Part shown: one piece after another, positions 24,590-34,589 of the stretch
Position numbering within the stretch: position 1 is the first letter of the stretch
How the letters are laid out: every line of letters begins with the position of its first letter
IMG/VR virus record: IMGVR_UViG_3300017963_000520
Location: 1-35,374 of that record
Strand: one strand, 5' to 3'
From: a virus
Taxonomy: Duplodnaviria; Caudoviricetes
DNA length: 35,374 bases
Position numbers and translations under genes: made by a program
Notes under the pieces: generated by a model
What the model saw: only the letters and a program-made list of their open reading frames with translations
The model's database searches: none
What the model was told of the DNA's origin: nothing

Positions 24590-27500
24590 TATGACGCCTC
24601 AATTATTAAAGATATATCGTTTTCTGTGCCCCATAGTTGAAGCCTTGGTATCAAGGCTCTTAATAGCGCTTCAAGATCAGGCTCAAGCCCTTTATCAACA
24701 GTCATTTTAAGGATTGCTTCATCACTGTTCAAGAACTTTTCACGAAGCTGATTTTTTAACTCAAGTTCTCTTATCAGTTGTTCATTCAATAATATCTGCT
24801 GATCAGCCTGCTCTCTTTGTATTTCTAAGTTTTGCTCTAATTGATCTTGGAACTGCCATAAAGTTTGCTGATCAAACTCAGTCGAAAATGAAGCAAACAA
24901 ATCACTATTAGCTTTTGTTACCGATTCTATAATTCCTTTTGTAGAGTCGTAAGCTTTAGTGATCTTCTCAAGGTTTATTTCAGCTTGTTTTACATCCAGC
25001 TTAAACTTATATTCAAGTTGTTTTTGAATAGTTTTTGATGAAGTTTCAATCTGTTTAACGATCCGCTTTGTTTCTTCCTCCATTTGCTTTGTTTCTACTT
25101 GCAGAAGAAACTTTTTATCTTTTGTTACTTCATCAATCTTTTTTTCTACATCATCTATACCCTGAAGCTCTGACTTTAGTTCGATTTTATACGATCCGTC
25201 TTCGAGTCTTGTTAACTCATCAACTATCTCACCTAAACCACGACCTTCATTAACATCAGTTTGAAGTCTGACAATCCGTTCTTCTTCTGTTATAGAATCA
25301 ATCTCGTCTTTTACTGCTTTTACTTGATCATAAGATTCTTCTGATTCAAGTTGTAATTGTATTACGTTTTTTTGCTCTGTTAGACTTTTTATGCTTTCGT
25401 CAAGAGCGATCACCTCTTTTACAAGCCCATCTGGAGCAGTTGCACCTTGGCTGTTATATTCTTTTAGTTGTAGATCTATTTCATTTTTCTTGCCTGTCAG
25501 ATCACTTATTTTACTGTCAATATCTTCAATTTGAGTTGATAGGTCTTTAGTTTCAATTTCAGTGTTTACTTTTAACGGCTTGTCTTCAAGTTCTTTTCTG
25601 AAACCTTCAATTTTTTCAAGCCATTCTTTGTTTTTCCTTTCTGCTTCATCTCCGCTAAAGTCAAAACCAATCTTTACAGGCTTTTCTATTTCTTTTTTTG
25701 TTTCCTTTACCTTTGCCCCAAAAGAGTCTATCGTTTTACTTGCACTGTCTATGGTTTCAGTAATGTTTTGTTTTAATGAATAGATGTTTGCTGCTGACAA
25801 TTCGTCAATTGATTTTTTAAATTCTTCTGTACTTTTTTGAAATCCTTCAAAAGGCGATAGTTGAGCTATAGTGTTGGCTGCATTAGCAAACTTCTGAACA
25901 ATAAATATTAAAATACCTACAACAAAATCAAACTGAGCTTGTATTCCGTTTACTATCGTTTTTATGGCATTAGATACGACGTTGAAAGTAGACTCAATAT
26001 CATTACCAGCCTTAAGCATTACGGTGACAAACGATCCGAGAATACCTCCAAGACTTGTTATGGCTTTGGCAATACCTAATAACTCACCTACAGCTCTTGC
26101 ATTGTTTTCGTTTAATTTATCAGTATTGTTAGCAGCATCAAGCACGCCTTGAATATAAGGCTTGAAAGCATCATATATTCCACTGCTTGTTTTTATTAAA
26201 AGATCGATTACATTTACGACCGTTTGAATTGCTTGTGTTAATCCTTCAGTTGTTGATAAATCAAGATCAAACGTTGATAAAATATTGTCTTTTAACTCGC
26301 TGAACGATTCTAAAATACCTGAGAAATCTATTCCATCAAAAGCTTCTGGTAAGTTTTCAGCAATATCTGAAAGCAAGGCCTCAAGTTCTTTTCCTGACTC
26401 GTTTACAAAATCAAAAACAGCTTTAAAACCATCGCCTTCAACTATTTTTCTAAGTGCAATTTGAATATCAGTTGCACCTTTTATAATGCCAGTTGTTGAA
26501 TCAAGAAATTTTGAACCTATAGCAGCCGCAAGATTAACAAAAGAAGCGGTAAACCTTTTTACTTGGACTTCAGCAGTTGCAAGACCTCTTGCCACTTCTT
26601 TTTCAAGAGATCCGCCTGCCTCAGTTGCTGATATTGTGGTAGCTTTTAAGGCTGTATCCATACCATTTAACAAAGCTGTAAACTTTGCAGCCTGATCTTT
26701 ACCTGCGATCATTGACGCGAGTTGAGTTTGCTGTGCCTTGTCAAGACCCTGGTAAACAGGAAGCAAATCGTTCAGAATTTGTTTTACATTTTTTTGTTCT
26801 CCATTTGCATCTTCAAGCGCTATTCCATAGGCTTCAAGTGCAGATCTGACCTCTTTTGTAGGGTCAGCCAATGATAGTAAAGATGTTTTTAATCCATTAG
26901 CGGATTCAGCACCGCTACCAAAAATTTCAACAACCGGAATCATTAACCCGGCCATTTCATCAAAAGAGTATCCCAAGCCGTCTGCAATAGGCGCAAGGAT
27001 CGTCAAACCATTAGACAATTCACCGACGGTAGTTGCATACTCATCAGCTAATTTGTTAAGCACATCGGCCATATGTGTTGATGTGACTACAATATCTTCT
27101 TGCTCAACCTTGAAACCTTTAAGAAGTGCGGTAAGTGTGGCTGTCGATTCACCCATCCTGAAGTTAGCCTCACCGGCGCCAACTACTAATTTTGCCGATA
27201 ATTCAGCCAGATGAGCAGCGTCCTCAAGTTCAAAGCTTGCTTTCCTAAATTCCCCGGCTGAAGCAACAGCTTCGGCAGCGGTAAATCCAAAAGCATCTCC
27301 AAACTCACCCATCCTACTTACCAAGTCTGGAAGCGAACTTTTCTCCTGATCCGAAAGAACTTTGTCAAGACCAACTACTGCAGATTCCAGGTCTATGGCT
27401 TTTGCTGTGGAATAAGCCATGCCACCAACCGCCAATGCCGCAAGATACTTATCAACTGTAAGTATGCTGTCGCCCATTTTTGCAAAGGGTTCGGCAATGT

Positions 27501-27612
27501 CAGTTATCCCGCTATCAAGCTTTTTTATACTACCACCTATTTTTCCTATAGTGGCGGTAGTATCGTCAACAGCTTCAAATATAATCTTTATTAGTTTTTC
27601 AGTATCAGCCAT
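24589..27612 (-). CDS. Tail tape measure protein (TP901-like)
   Basis: 1007 aa, helical. IKIIFEAVD start and ADVLNKLADEYATTVGEL...GAESANGLKTSL core. Confidence 0.92.
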   Translation of the reverse strand: MADTEKLIKIIFEAVDDTTATIGKIGGSIKKLDSGITDIAEPFAKMGDSILTVDKYLAALAVGGMAYSTAKAIDLESAVVGLDKVLSDQEKSSLPDLVSRMGEFGDAFGFTAAEAVASAGEFRKASFELEDAAHLAELSAKLVVGAGEANFRMGESTATLTALLKGFKVEQEDIVVTSTHMADVLNKLADEYATTVGELSNGLTILAPIADGLGYSFDEMAGLMIPVVEIFGSGAESANGLKTSLLSLADPTKEVRSALEAYGIALEDANGEQKNVKQILNDLLPVYQGLDKAQQTQLASMIAGKDQAAKFTALLNGMDTALKATTISATEAGGSLEKEVARGLATAEVQVKRFTASFVNLAAAIGSKFLDSTTGIIKGATDIQIALRKIVEGDGFKAVFDFVNESGKELEALLSDIAENLPEAFDGIDFSGILESFSELKDNILSTFDLDLSTTEGLTQAIQTVVNVIDLLIKTSSGIYDAFKPYIQGVLDAANNTDKLNENNARAVGELLGIAKAITSLGGILGSFVTVMLKAGNDIESTFNVVSNAIKTIVNGIQAQFDFVVGILIFIVQKFANAANTIAQLSPFEGFQKSTEEFKKSIDELSAANIYSLKQNITETIDSASKTIDSFGAKVKETKKEIEKPVKIGFDFSGDEAERKNKEWLEKIEGFRKELEDKPLKVNTEIETKDLSTQIEDIDSKISDLTGKKNEIDLQLKEYNSQGATAPDGLVKEVIALDESIKSLTEQKNVIQLQLESEESYDQVKAVKDEIDSITEEERIVRLQTDVNEGRGLGEIVDELTRLEDGSYKIELKSELQGIDDVEKKIDEVTKDKKFLLQVETKQMEEETKRIVKQIETSSKTIQKQLEYKFKLDVKQAEINLEKITKAYDSTKGIIESVTKANSDLFASFSTEFDQQTLWQFQDQLEQNLEIQREQADQQILLNEQLIRELELKNQLREKFLNSDEAILKMTVDKGLEPDLEALLRALIPRLQLWGTENDISLIIEAS

Positions 27613-27820
27613 TATCGTTGTCTTTCATAAGCTTCTTAGCGTGATAGTTCCATACTGCAATTTCTAAATCAGTCATATAGTCATAATAAAAAATATCAGG
27701 TACAGCTTCATGTAAAGGTCTTTTAATCCCATTAAATAACACCTTGCCATGTACAACAATGATATCATGGCAAAGAAAACAAGCAGACTTTACCCGAGGT
27801 AAGTTATATATTTTTTTTAC
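27605..27820 (-). CDS. Tail assembly chaperone -1 frameshift extension (gpT-like)
   Basis: The -1 frame is open for 71 codons from VKKIYNLPRVKSAC to TGA at 27605, overlapping the tape measure start. Slippery G GGG GAG lies just before the chaperone stop. Confidence 0.75.
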   Translation of the reverse strand, partial: VKKIYNLPRVKSACFLCHDIIVVHGKVLFNGIKRPLHEAVPDIFYYDYMTDLEIAVWNYHAKKLMKDNDNG

Positions 27821-28320
27821 TCCCCCATAGGGAAACTTGACCCCATCTGTGACAGCAATAAGATTTTATCAGTAATTTTTTTAAAATCTAACCCAAAATG
27901 AGTTGCCACAAGAACAGCATTTGTGTGACTTACAATAGGAGAGACAGACCCATACTTGAGAATATTAATCCTGTAGAGAGTTTCATGCGACAGCTTTTTT
28001 TGTTGATCATTACATGTCTTAATCAACAGCATAAGCGAGTCAACTATCGGATTTCCGCTTTTTTCTTTAGGTAAGTTTTCTTTGAGCAATGCCAAAGACA
28101 TTGAAGCATCATCAACAGCTTTTTGTAACTCATCTGCCGACATGTTTTTGACTATCCATTCGGGCTTTACCTCATGAGTTGCTTCTTTACCATCAACTGT
28201 CTTTGTAACTGTCTTGGGTTCAGTTCCGGTTATCATTTTCATAATACCATCACTCAAGTCCTCTACAGCCTCGTTTCTGATTGTCATTGATCTAAGTTTT
28301 GACTCGTTAAGCTCAAACAT
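27817..28320 (-). CDS. Tail assembly chaperone (gpG-like)
   Basis: Lies between the tail tube and tape measure genes and ends ATG GGG GAG TAA. Confidence 0.75.
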   Translation of the reverse strand: MFELNESKLRSMTIRNEAVEDLSDGIMKMITGTEPKTVTKTVDGKEATHEVKPEWIVKNMSADELQKAVDDASMSLALLKENLPKEKSGNPIVDSLMLLIKTCNDQQKKLSHETLYRINILKYGSVSPIVSHTNAVLVATHFGLDFKKITDKILLLSQMGSSFPMGE

Positions 28321-28358
28321 GTTTATTCCTATGTTGAATGAATGATTAAATAAATGAG

Positions 28359-28388
28359 ATTATAACATATTCTACTTGTGGAATGCAA
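28359..28388 (-). promoter_or_regulatory. Internal promoter for chaperone/tape measure genes
   Basis: TTGCAT, 18 nt, TATAAT with an extended TGn, directly downstream of a terminator. Confidence 0.55.
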
Positions 28389-28408
28389 ATGGGAGGTTTT
28401 GACTAAGC

Positions 28409-28440
28409 AAAAAAAAGGCCCCTACCGAATGGCAGGGGCC
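28409..28440 (-). terminator. Rho-independent terminator
   Basis: GGCCCCTGCC-ATTC-GGTAGGGGCC followed by T8. Confidence 0.9.
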
Positions 28441-28447
28441 AATATAA

Positions 28448-29497
28448 CTAATCTTTTTGATATCCTGTATGCCACTTTCCACAAGGAATAGCACCGGCAA
28501 CAGGTGCAGCAGCATGAAGAAAAAAGAAGCAAGGAAACACACGATCGCCATCGTCAAACGTGAAAGACTGAGTAACCGTCGGTGCAACCCCATCTATCAA
28601 GAAACTGACCACACCGTTAGCATCCACTCTTACCTCAAGTTCGTGCTTTTCACCATCAGCCCATGTGTCCGTAGTGTCCGTAGATGTCGTGGCGGCATTG
28701 TTGAGTATAGTCTCTGTATATATTGCTCCAGAAATTACATTTAATACAGCAGCATCCGTAAAGTCATCAAAATTCGCAGGATAAGCAGTCGCCTTTACAA
28801 ATCCGAATGCAAAATCATCGGTTCCAGAAACATTCGCAATGGTCGCCCTGAACTTAGCAAAAAAAGCTTTGTCGGTACCTACAACAAAGGATTCAGGATT
28901 CCTTGCAGTGATACCACGAGTAACAATAACCCCGTCATCTTCAGTTTGATCAAGACTCCAGTTCAATCCTGCTGCCGTAATTTCAGGCGCAAGGATTGTT
29001 TGAGTACCGAGCATGCAATACTCAAATGTATCACCATCGATATTTATTACATTGACATCCCCTGCAGTACCAGTAGCAGCACCGCCAGCAACACCAGCTG
29101 AAACAGGATTGGTTTTAAACTCGCAATAAGTACCCTTCCCAATCATAATAGGATCTTGTCCCACAACAACAGATATGGTTCCTGTTTCGCCGTAAGATAT
29201 TAAGTCCGTTGCAGTTTCGCTAACAGCCTTACCGAAATACTCACCAGATCTTTTGCAACTAAGAACAGGAGTGTCATTCTTATTATAATAGATGTAGTCT
29301 CCACGCCTTACAGTTGTATTTCCAGAATCATCTATTGCTTGAACTGAAAGAAGATAAGTACCTTCACTTCTCGCTGTTGCATAATCCTCTATAATATCAC
29401 CTTCTGGTTGAGTAGTAACAATAGGAACTCCATTAACTACTAAAGGAGATCCTGCTTCAGTTCCTTCGGGAACAAGATATTTAGTGTCAAATGCCAT
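28448..29497 (-). CDS. Virion decoration protein: DUF2190/capsid-cement-like N-domain plus lectin-like C-domain
   Basis: EGTYLLSV...GDYIYY...YFGKAV N-domain; C-terminal HELEVRVDANGVVSFLIDG is ConA/LamG-like. Confidence 0.55.
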   Translation of the reverse strand: MAFDTKYLVPEGTEAGSPLVVNGVPIVTTQPEGDIIEDYATARSEGTYLLSVQAIDDSGNTTVRRGDYIYYNKNDTPVLSCKRSGEYFGKAVSETATDLISYGETGTISVVVGQDPIMIGKGTYCEFKTNPVSAGVAGGAATGTAGDVNVINIDGDTFEYCMLGTQTILAPEITAAGLNWSLDQTEDDGVIVTRGITARNPESFVVGTDKAFFAKFRATIANVSGTDDFAFGFVKATAYPANFDDFTDAAVLNVISGAIYTETILNNAATTSTDTTDTWADGEKHELEVRVDANGVVSFLIDGVAPTVTQSFTFDDGDRVFPCFFFLHAAAPVAGAIPCGKWHTGYQKD

Positions 29498-29545
29498 TTT
29501 TTTATTCTCCTATAAAAATGACGCCATATTTCAGGCGCCATTAGA

Positions 29546-30571
29546 TTATGACGTAAAGTCGGATGTTTCGTTTAAGCTTGTCATAGTGACAACACACTGA
29601 TTCTGGTCTTCGGCAGGGAATGTCCGAGCCATACCAAGTGTAGCCATAGTGCGTTGAAACGGCACTTTATTACGATCAGGATAAAATTCAATAACTGTAG
29701 GATCATCCTTACGACCAATAATAAAGTCCCGAATATTATCGTCAGTCCTGACAGTGAATCCACCTTGACCAAGAGACCGAGTAGTAGATGCATCAGTCCC
29801 ACCATAGTAAGTTGTGCTGTTAACTCCGTGACTTACTTCTGAAGGCGTATAATCTAAACATCGAGGAATTTCCGTCATATTAGGAGTCGCATAGTCGATA
29901 AAAACTCCCTTGGGAATTGCTCCAACATGAGTTAATGGCAATGCACTTGCAAACTCAACGTATGCAGTCTTTTCAGCGCTTACAGATGCATGAACATCAC
30001 CTTTCCCTACGTGTCGTTTTTCTTTGATAGGCGGAAAAGTTACATACTCGCTATGCTGGCCGGGGTTCTGAAAGATTTCGGCAGCAGTAATTACAGCTGC
30101 TACATCACTTGTAACCCTAACCTGTGCAAGTTCGATATCCGCAACTTGAATCAAAGGCGGGCCTCCGGCAGCTCCACGTACCTCACTAAATGTAGTGGTA
30201 GCACCGTCCGTGCCTGCCTCAACTGCTACGGTTCCGGTCCCATCAACAATAATACTACATACCTTTGCAACCGCAGTTGCAGGCCTTGTAATAGCAATAG
30301 ATCCGGCTGAAACACTAACAGAAACGCCGCTAATCTGTGCTGTAAACGCCGGCCATTCAACTTCATTATTAGTTGCACCGCTTTCAGGAGACATGAGATT
30401 GATACCCGAAAGAATGCCATCCGGTTTCACATCAATGTCAGGATCACCTGAATAAACATCGACACCGGTAACTTTGAAAATCGTATGATCCCCAGAGTCG
30501 ACCATTGCCTGATTTGTATATGCGATATTGGAAGTCTCAATCTTCACCATCGCATCGGCAGAAGTAGCCAT
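29546..30571 (-). CDS. Major tail (tube) protein
   Basis: 341 aa, downstream of the neck genes, strong AGGAG RBS, tube-like beta C-terminal region. Confidence 0.7.
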   Translation of the reverse strand: MATSADAMVKIETSNIAYTNQAMVDSGDHTIFKVTGVDVYSGDPDIDVKPDGILSGINLMSPESGATNNEVEWPAFTAQISGVSVSVSAGSIAITRPATAVAKVCSIIVDGTGTVAVEAGTDGATTTFSEVRGAAGGPPLIQVADIELAQVRVTSDVAAVITAAEIFQNPGQHSEYVTFPPIKEKRHVGKGDVHASVSAEKTAYVEFASALPLTHVGAIPKGVFIDYATPNMTEIPRCLDYTPSEVSHGVNSTTYYGGTDASTTRSLGQGGFTVRTDDNIRDFIIGRKDDPTVIEFYPDRNKVPFQRTMATLGMARTFPAEDQNQCVVTMTSLNETSDFTS

Positions 30572-30589
30572 ATTTATAGCTCCTTTTTG

Positions 30590-31240
30590 TTAAATTGAAT
30601 ATGATTTGTGGTTATAAGCCACATTCATTATAATCGTGAATATAAAGTATGGGTCTCTGTACTCAGTTATTGCGCTCGGCTGAACGCTCGTAGAGTATGC
30701 TTTTGATGTGGTTATGTCCGTTACATCGGTAAACAATGCAGGGTTATCATAATCCAATGTAGTTAAATCATTAACCAACCCAAGATCAGTAAGCGATTTC
30801 ATCAACTGAAAATTGGTGTCATCACCGGCTAACTCAGTTTCAGTCCTATAGATAACTACGTCAGTGTCTACAACCGCATCCACGTTTTTATCAGTATAAT
30901 CATACCCTTTAAGGGTTGGATCGTAATATAGGTTTTGATAAATCAGATTAAATAGAGTACTTATTTCAGTATCCGGATTCACTTTATTATATCCGAATAC
31001 TCTGATAAACACGCTCATTTCGCTGCGAATAGCACTATCATAGCTTTCCTCTGCCAATTCAATAGGCCTACCCCCTGATGGTCCGGGGAGTCCACCGATT
31101 ACATTAACAACCGGAAATTGCGGATGCGCTATTTCGTTCAATTCCTTAGCAGTAGTAATAGGCTTTCTTGTCGTAGTTGTTATATCGTCAAGTATTCCTA
31201 TCTTGTGCGCAATTTCAGTAAGTATAGCTTCTCTACCCAT
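30590..31240 (-). CDS. Tail terminator/completion protein with inserted module
   Basis: REAIL start, QFPVV and LYYDPTLKG motifs typical of gpU-like terminators; synteny. Confidence 0.65.
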   Translation of the reverse strand: MGREAILTEIAHKIGILDDITTTTRKPITTAKELNEIAHPQFPVVNVIGGLPGPSGGRPIELAEESYDSAIRSEMSVFIRVFGYNKVNPDTEISTLFNLIYQNLYYDPTLKGYDYTDKNVDAVVDTDVVIYRTETELAGDDTNFQLMKSLTDLGLVNDLTTLDYDNPALFTDVTDITTSKAYSTSVQPSAITEYRDPYFIFTIIMNVAYNHKSYSI

Positions 31241-31242
31241 AT

Positions 31243-31695
31243 CTATCCTTTTATGATTTTATCAACCTCGTCTTCAACAAGGTCTTGAACAAACAGGATA
31301 TCATCTTCGGATACTCCAAAGAATGGCCGTATAGGATTGTTTTTCAACATTTTATTAGTAGGAGAATTACTGCCTATGCCGCCCATAAAAAATACCCTAC
31401 CTTCTTCAGGTGAGCTATCATGTGTCATAGCGTTAAGCATTTGACCGGTAAAAAACAAGTCAGGAACGTCGGTAGGTAAACCGGCTTCACTCCTTAAACG
31501 CACTGTCATAGGCGCATAAGGCTTAAAGGGTTTAGAGTCTACATCAATTCCTTTTGAAGTTCTTTCAAGGATTTTGTAATCAACATATGAAGCCGCTTCT
31601 TCTAAGATTCGACTCATATTATCGTCCTCAAAACCATCAAGAACGTCTTGAAAAAACTTTGTTACTTCCTTGTCTTCTATCTTTATTTCAAACAC
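31243..31695 (-). CDS. Virion morphogenesis (tail completion/neck) protein
   Basis: GIDVDSKPFKPY, DLFFTGQML and RPFFGVS. Confidence 0.75.
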   Translation of the reverse strand: MFEIKIEDKEVTKFFQDVLDGFEDDNMSRILEEAASYVDYKILERTSKGIDVDSKPFKPYAPMTVRLRSEAGLPTDVPDLFFTGQMLNAMTHDSSPEEGRVFFMGGIGSNSPTNKMLKNNPIRPFFGVSEDDILFVQDLVEDEVDKIIKG

Positions 31696-32305
31696 GTTTT
31701 ATCCTATAACGAGCTGATTTCTTTTCGGTCGAATCAATAACTCCATCACCGTCAAAGTCGTATCCTATATCGTCTGAAAGGATTATATCCATTTCGTCCT
31801 GATACCTTATCATCCAATATTCTCTTTGATCCGCATAGTCGTCTTCTCGCTCTTTGTTTGCTAGAAACCTATAAATAAGGAAGAGTGAATAATAAGATAC
31901 AGCATCACGAAACTTAACCCTATCAGATGTAACGTCCGTCCATCCAGCACCTGTGAAATCTTCAGCATCCAAGTCAGTAGACCCTGAAACACTTATTGAC
32001 TCATAATAATTACCGACTAAACCGCCACTTGTATGACCAATATCCACAACAACAATATCACCAACACTAACTGAAACTGTACTTGTTCCGACATAATCGT
32101 ACCCTTGCAATAGTTTCGATCCATCAAAGAGAGTTTCAGCCGGATCGTACCCATATAATTGAGCGGTAAACCGATACCATCTGACATTCAAGTCAGTTTC
32201 AAACCTACGAGCGGCTTGCCTATGTTGATCTATCCAATTGGTTACACCATAAGACATGATCGGTGACCTTAATTCGGTCAAATATGAGTCATCAGAGTAA
32301 AGCAT
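31688..32305 (-). CDS. Head-tail adaptor with inserted module
   Basis: Helical; C-terminal YDFDGDGVIDSTEK; follows the capsid gene. Confidence 0.65.
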   Translation of the reverse strand: MLYSDDSYLTELRSPIMSYGVTNWIDQHRQAARRFETDLNVRWYRFTAQLYGYDPAETLFDGSKLLQGYDYVGTSTVSVSVGDIVVVDIGHTSGGLVGNYYESISVSGSTDLDAEDFTGAGWTDVTSDRVKFRDAVSYYSLFLIYRFLANKEREDDYADQREYWMIRYQDEMDIILSDDIGYDFDGDGVIDSTEKKSARYRIKRV

Positions 32306-32503
32306 TTACTCGTCCTTATCTTCCTTTTTCGGCCTACCAGGTTTCTTGACTTCAACAGGCTTTTCAATCGGTTTTTCTTCCGCTTTAGGTTCTGGTTCTG
32401 TAGTCATCAATCCTTTTTCTTTGATATAAAAATCAACCTCATCTGGATTGACAAAGCTCTTAAAAACCTGACCTCGGCTGTTAACTCCATAAAGTGTTAC
32501 CAT
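32306..32503 (-). CDS. Small hypothetical protein
   Basis: 65 aa with KKPGRPKK tail, as is common just downstream of capsid genes. Confidence 0.7.
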   Translation of the reverse strand: MVTLYGVNSRGQVFKSFVNPDEVDFYIKEKGLMTTEPEPKAEEKPIEKPVEVKKPGRPKKEDKDE

Positions 32504-32524
32504 CTTTTTTTTCTCCTATGCTTT

Positions 32525-32552
32525 AATCCCCCGGCCGATTAAGACCGAGGGA
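32525..32552 (-). other. Stem-loop after the capsid gene (mRNA stabiliser or weak terminator)
   Basis: ATCCCTCGGTC-TTAATC-GGCCGGGGGAT with no U tract. Confidence 0.5.
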
Positions 32553-32559
32553 TAAGATT

Positions 32560-33711
32560 TTATCCAAACAGAATCGCAGCAAGTTCCGGCCTTACAAGCT
32601 TGACGCCATACAGCACATCAAATTTCCAGTACTGAGTCGAGTACTTAGGATCACGCCAAGTCTCAAGCCGAAGCGGAATACCGCTAACAGGATCAGTCTG
32701 TACAGAGATAACCGAATTACTGTTTACAACGGTTTCGGCATTCTGCAAAGGTCGCATTGCCAGTACCATCGCATCCCGATGGAAAGCTAAGTTAGGCACC
32801 CAAGCATCTTTAATAGTTGCAACTGTACCATCCGCAGTGGCAGCAACCAATGCAGGAGAGATAACGATATCAATCTCATTTGCGGCAGCGGTAGCAGCGG
32901 CAGTAACAGTATAGATAGTAGTATCACCTGCGAAGGTAAGCCTATCACCCTTCACAAGAGTACCAGTCAATGCGCCACCACCAGAATCATCAAGAGTGAT
33001 AGCAGTATCCCCAATGGCATAGATAGCTTTTGCAGCAATAGCAGTTGCAGCTGCAAGAGTTCCCTTTGTATGAGTTGGAACCAACTGATCCATGTAAGTA
33101 TCAAAGCCGAACTTACGACCCAAAGATGCATCCACGAGAGCGGCATTCGTACCGGTTTCATTAACTTTTTCGTAAATGTCGAGAAACTTTGCCTGAGCGG
33201 CTGTGTCAAGAACAAGCCTACGCTGATCCGGAGGGCAAAGATTGTCGTTCAGGATTTTGCCTACACCAATGATATCACTGGATTCATCTGGAGTTGTCCC
33301 TGGAGTCCCGTAATAGTTGTATATTTCAGTATATAGGTTCAGCAAAGACAGATCCACAGCATTAGCAATTGATTTGACAGCAGCAGAGGCTGCACTTGGA
33401 AGAATTCCAGAAGACACAGCGTCGAATGCTTCTTTATCGCTCATCTCCCACTGCTTATACTTCCAATTAGACATCGTAATGTCCACATATGGATCATCTA
33501 AATCAGTAGAGCTGGAACCAGTTGCGGCAACAAAATCGCCAGCAACACCCATTGCTTGAGGTTTTGGAATCCTAATTGTTTGATTCTGACTCGCTGCTTC
33601 AGATTTATAATCCTGATTAACAAGCTCAGCCATGACAAGGTTTTCTCGAAGCACGTCAAGTGCCATCGGCATGATAAGTGTGTCCATCAGGTCGGTAAGT
33701 GTATTAGCCAT
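32560..33711 (-). CDS. Major capsid protein, P22 gp5-like with insertion domain
   Basis: MANTL, TIRIPKP, IANAVD, LGRKFGFDTYMDQ, NLAFHRDA and FDVLYGVKLVRPELA. Confidence 0.9.
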   Translation of the reverse strand: MANTLTDLMDTLIMPMALDVLRENLVMAELVNQDYKSEAASQNQTIRIPKPQAMGVAGDFVAATGSSSTDLDDPYVDITMSNWKYKQWEMSDKEAFDAVSSGILPSAASAAVKSIANAVDLSLLNLYTEIYNYYGTPGTTPDESSDIIGVGKILNDNLCPPDQRRLVLDTAAQAKFLDIYEKVNETGTNAALVDASLGRKFGFDTYMDQLVPTHTKGTLAAATAIAAKAIYAIGDTAITLDDSGGGALTGTLVKGDRLTFAGDTTIYTVTAAATAAANEIDIVISPALVAATADGTVATIKDAWVPNLAFHRDAMVLAMRPLQNAETVVNSNSVISVQTDPVSGIPLRLETWRDPKYSTQYWKFDVLYGVKLVRPELAAILFG

Positions 33712-33726
33712 TATTTTCTCCTATCA

Positions 33727-34548
33727 TCATTTAAGTTTTACTTGTCCGTTTAAGACTTGCTGTGCCATTTCTTTTCGTTCAGGCACTGTGGCTTTCCCGA
33801 GCTTTTGTTGCCATTCAAGCCTTGAAAAAGTTTGATTTGCAGGTCCACCTGCATTGCCAGTAGAACCACTTCCACTGTTTCCCATTTTTGAATACAAATC
33901 CTTATGCGGATATGCATTCCACAAAATCTGAAGGGCTTCCTCTGTGTCGCATAATTGCGCAGGATTAGAAGGACTGTACAGTTTTTCGCCATCTGCTTTA
34001 TATGCTACGGCTTTAAGCTGTCCATTTATTTCTTCTATCCTAAAGTTGTTTGCAAATATCGTTTGACGAACATCGGGTGAAGTATTGGAAACCTTATCAA
34101 GATAAGGAGAATTTGAAAGGGTTTGTGCAAGAACCTGTCTTTCAATAAGGCTTTTCTTTTGTTCAAGATCACTTGTTAGCTCATTAAGCTTTTGCTCATA
34201 TCCTGTGATCATAGGCTTATATTTTGACTCGGTATTTTCAACCGCCTGCCTAATTGCCTCATCCCTCTCACCGGCTTTTACAAGTTCTTTTTGATCAAGA
34301 TTGCGCATGATTTCAAGCGCTTTATTGATATCCTCAATAGGCGTGTCCTCAAAATCTTTGAACTTACCATAAGCCTTTTCAAGATCTCTGATCTTTTCTT
34401 TCCTTGCTTTTGACTCTGAGTTTGTACTATTCACAGTCTGTACAAGATTTTCAAAATCAACCGCAGTTTCGGTCCCATCTTCTTTCACAAAGACAGGCTT
34501 TCCGTCATCCAACACAACATGGCCTTCTTCATTTGTTTTGTATGGCAT
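33727..34548 (-). CDS. Capsid scaffolding protein
   Basis: Coiled-coil, G/S-rich GSGSTG linker near the C-terminus, immediately upstream of the capsid gene. Confidence 0.8.
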   Translation of the reverse strand: MPYKTNEEGHVVLDDGKPVFVKEDGTETAVDFENLVQTVNSTNSESKARKEKIRDLEKAYGKFKDFEDTPIEDINKALEIMRNLDQKELVKAGERDEAIRQAVENTESKYKPMITGYEQKLNELTSDLEQKKSLIERQVLAQTLSNSPYLDKVSNTSPDVRQTIFANNFRIEEINGQLKAVAYKADGEKLYSPSNPAQLCDTEEALQILWNAYPHKDLYSKMGNSGSGSTGNAGGPANQTFSRLEWQQKLGKATVPERKEMAQQVLNGQVKLK

Positions 34549-34589
34549 TACTTGCCCTTTCCTTTGCGCTTATCTGCGCTTAAATCTGT

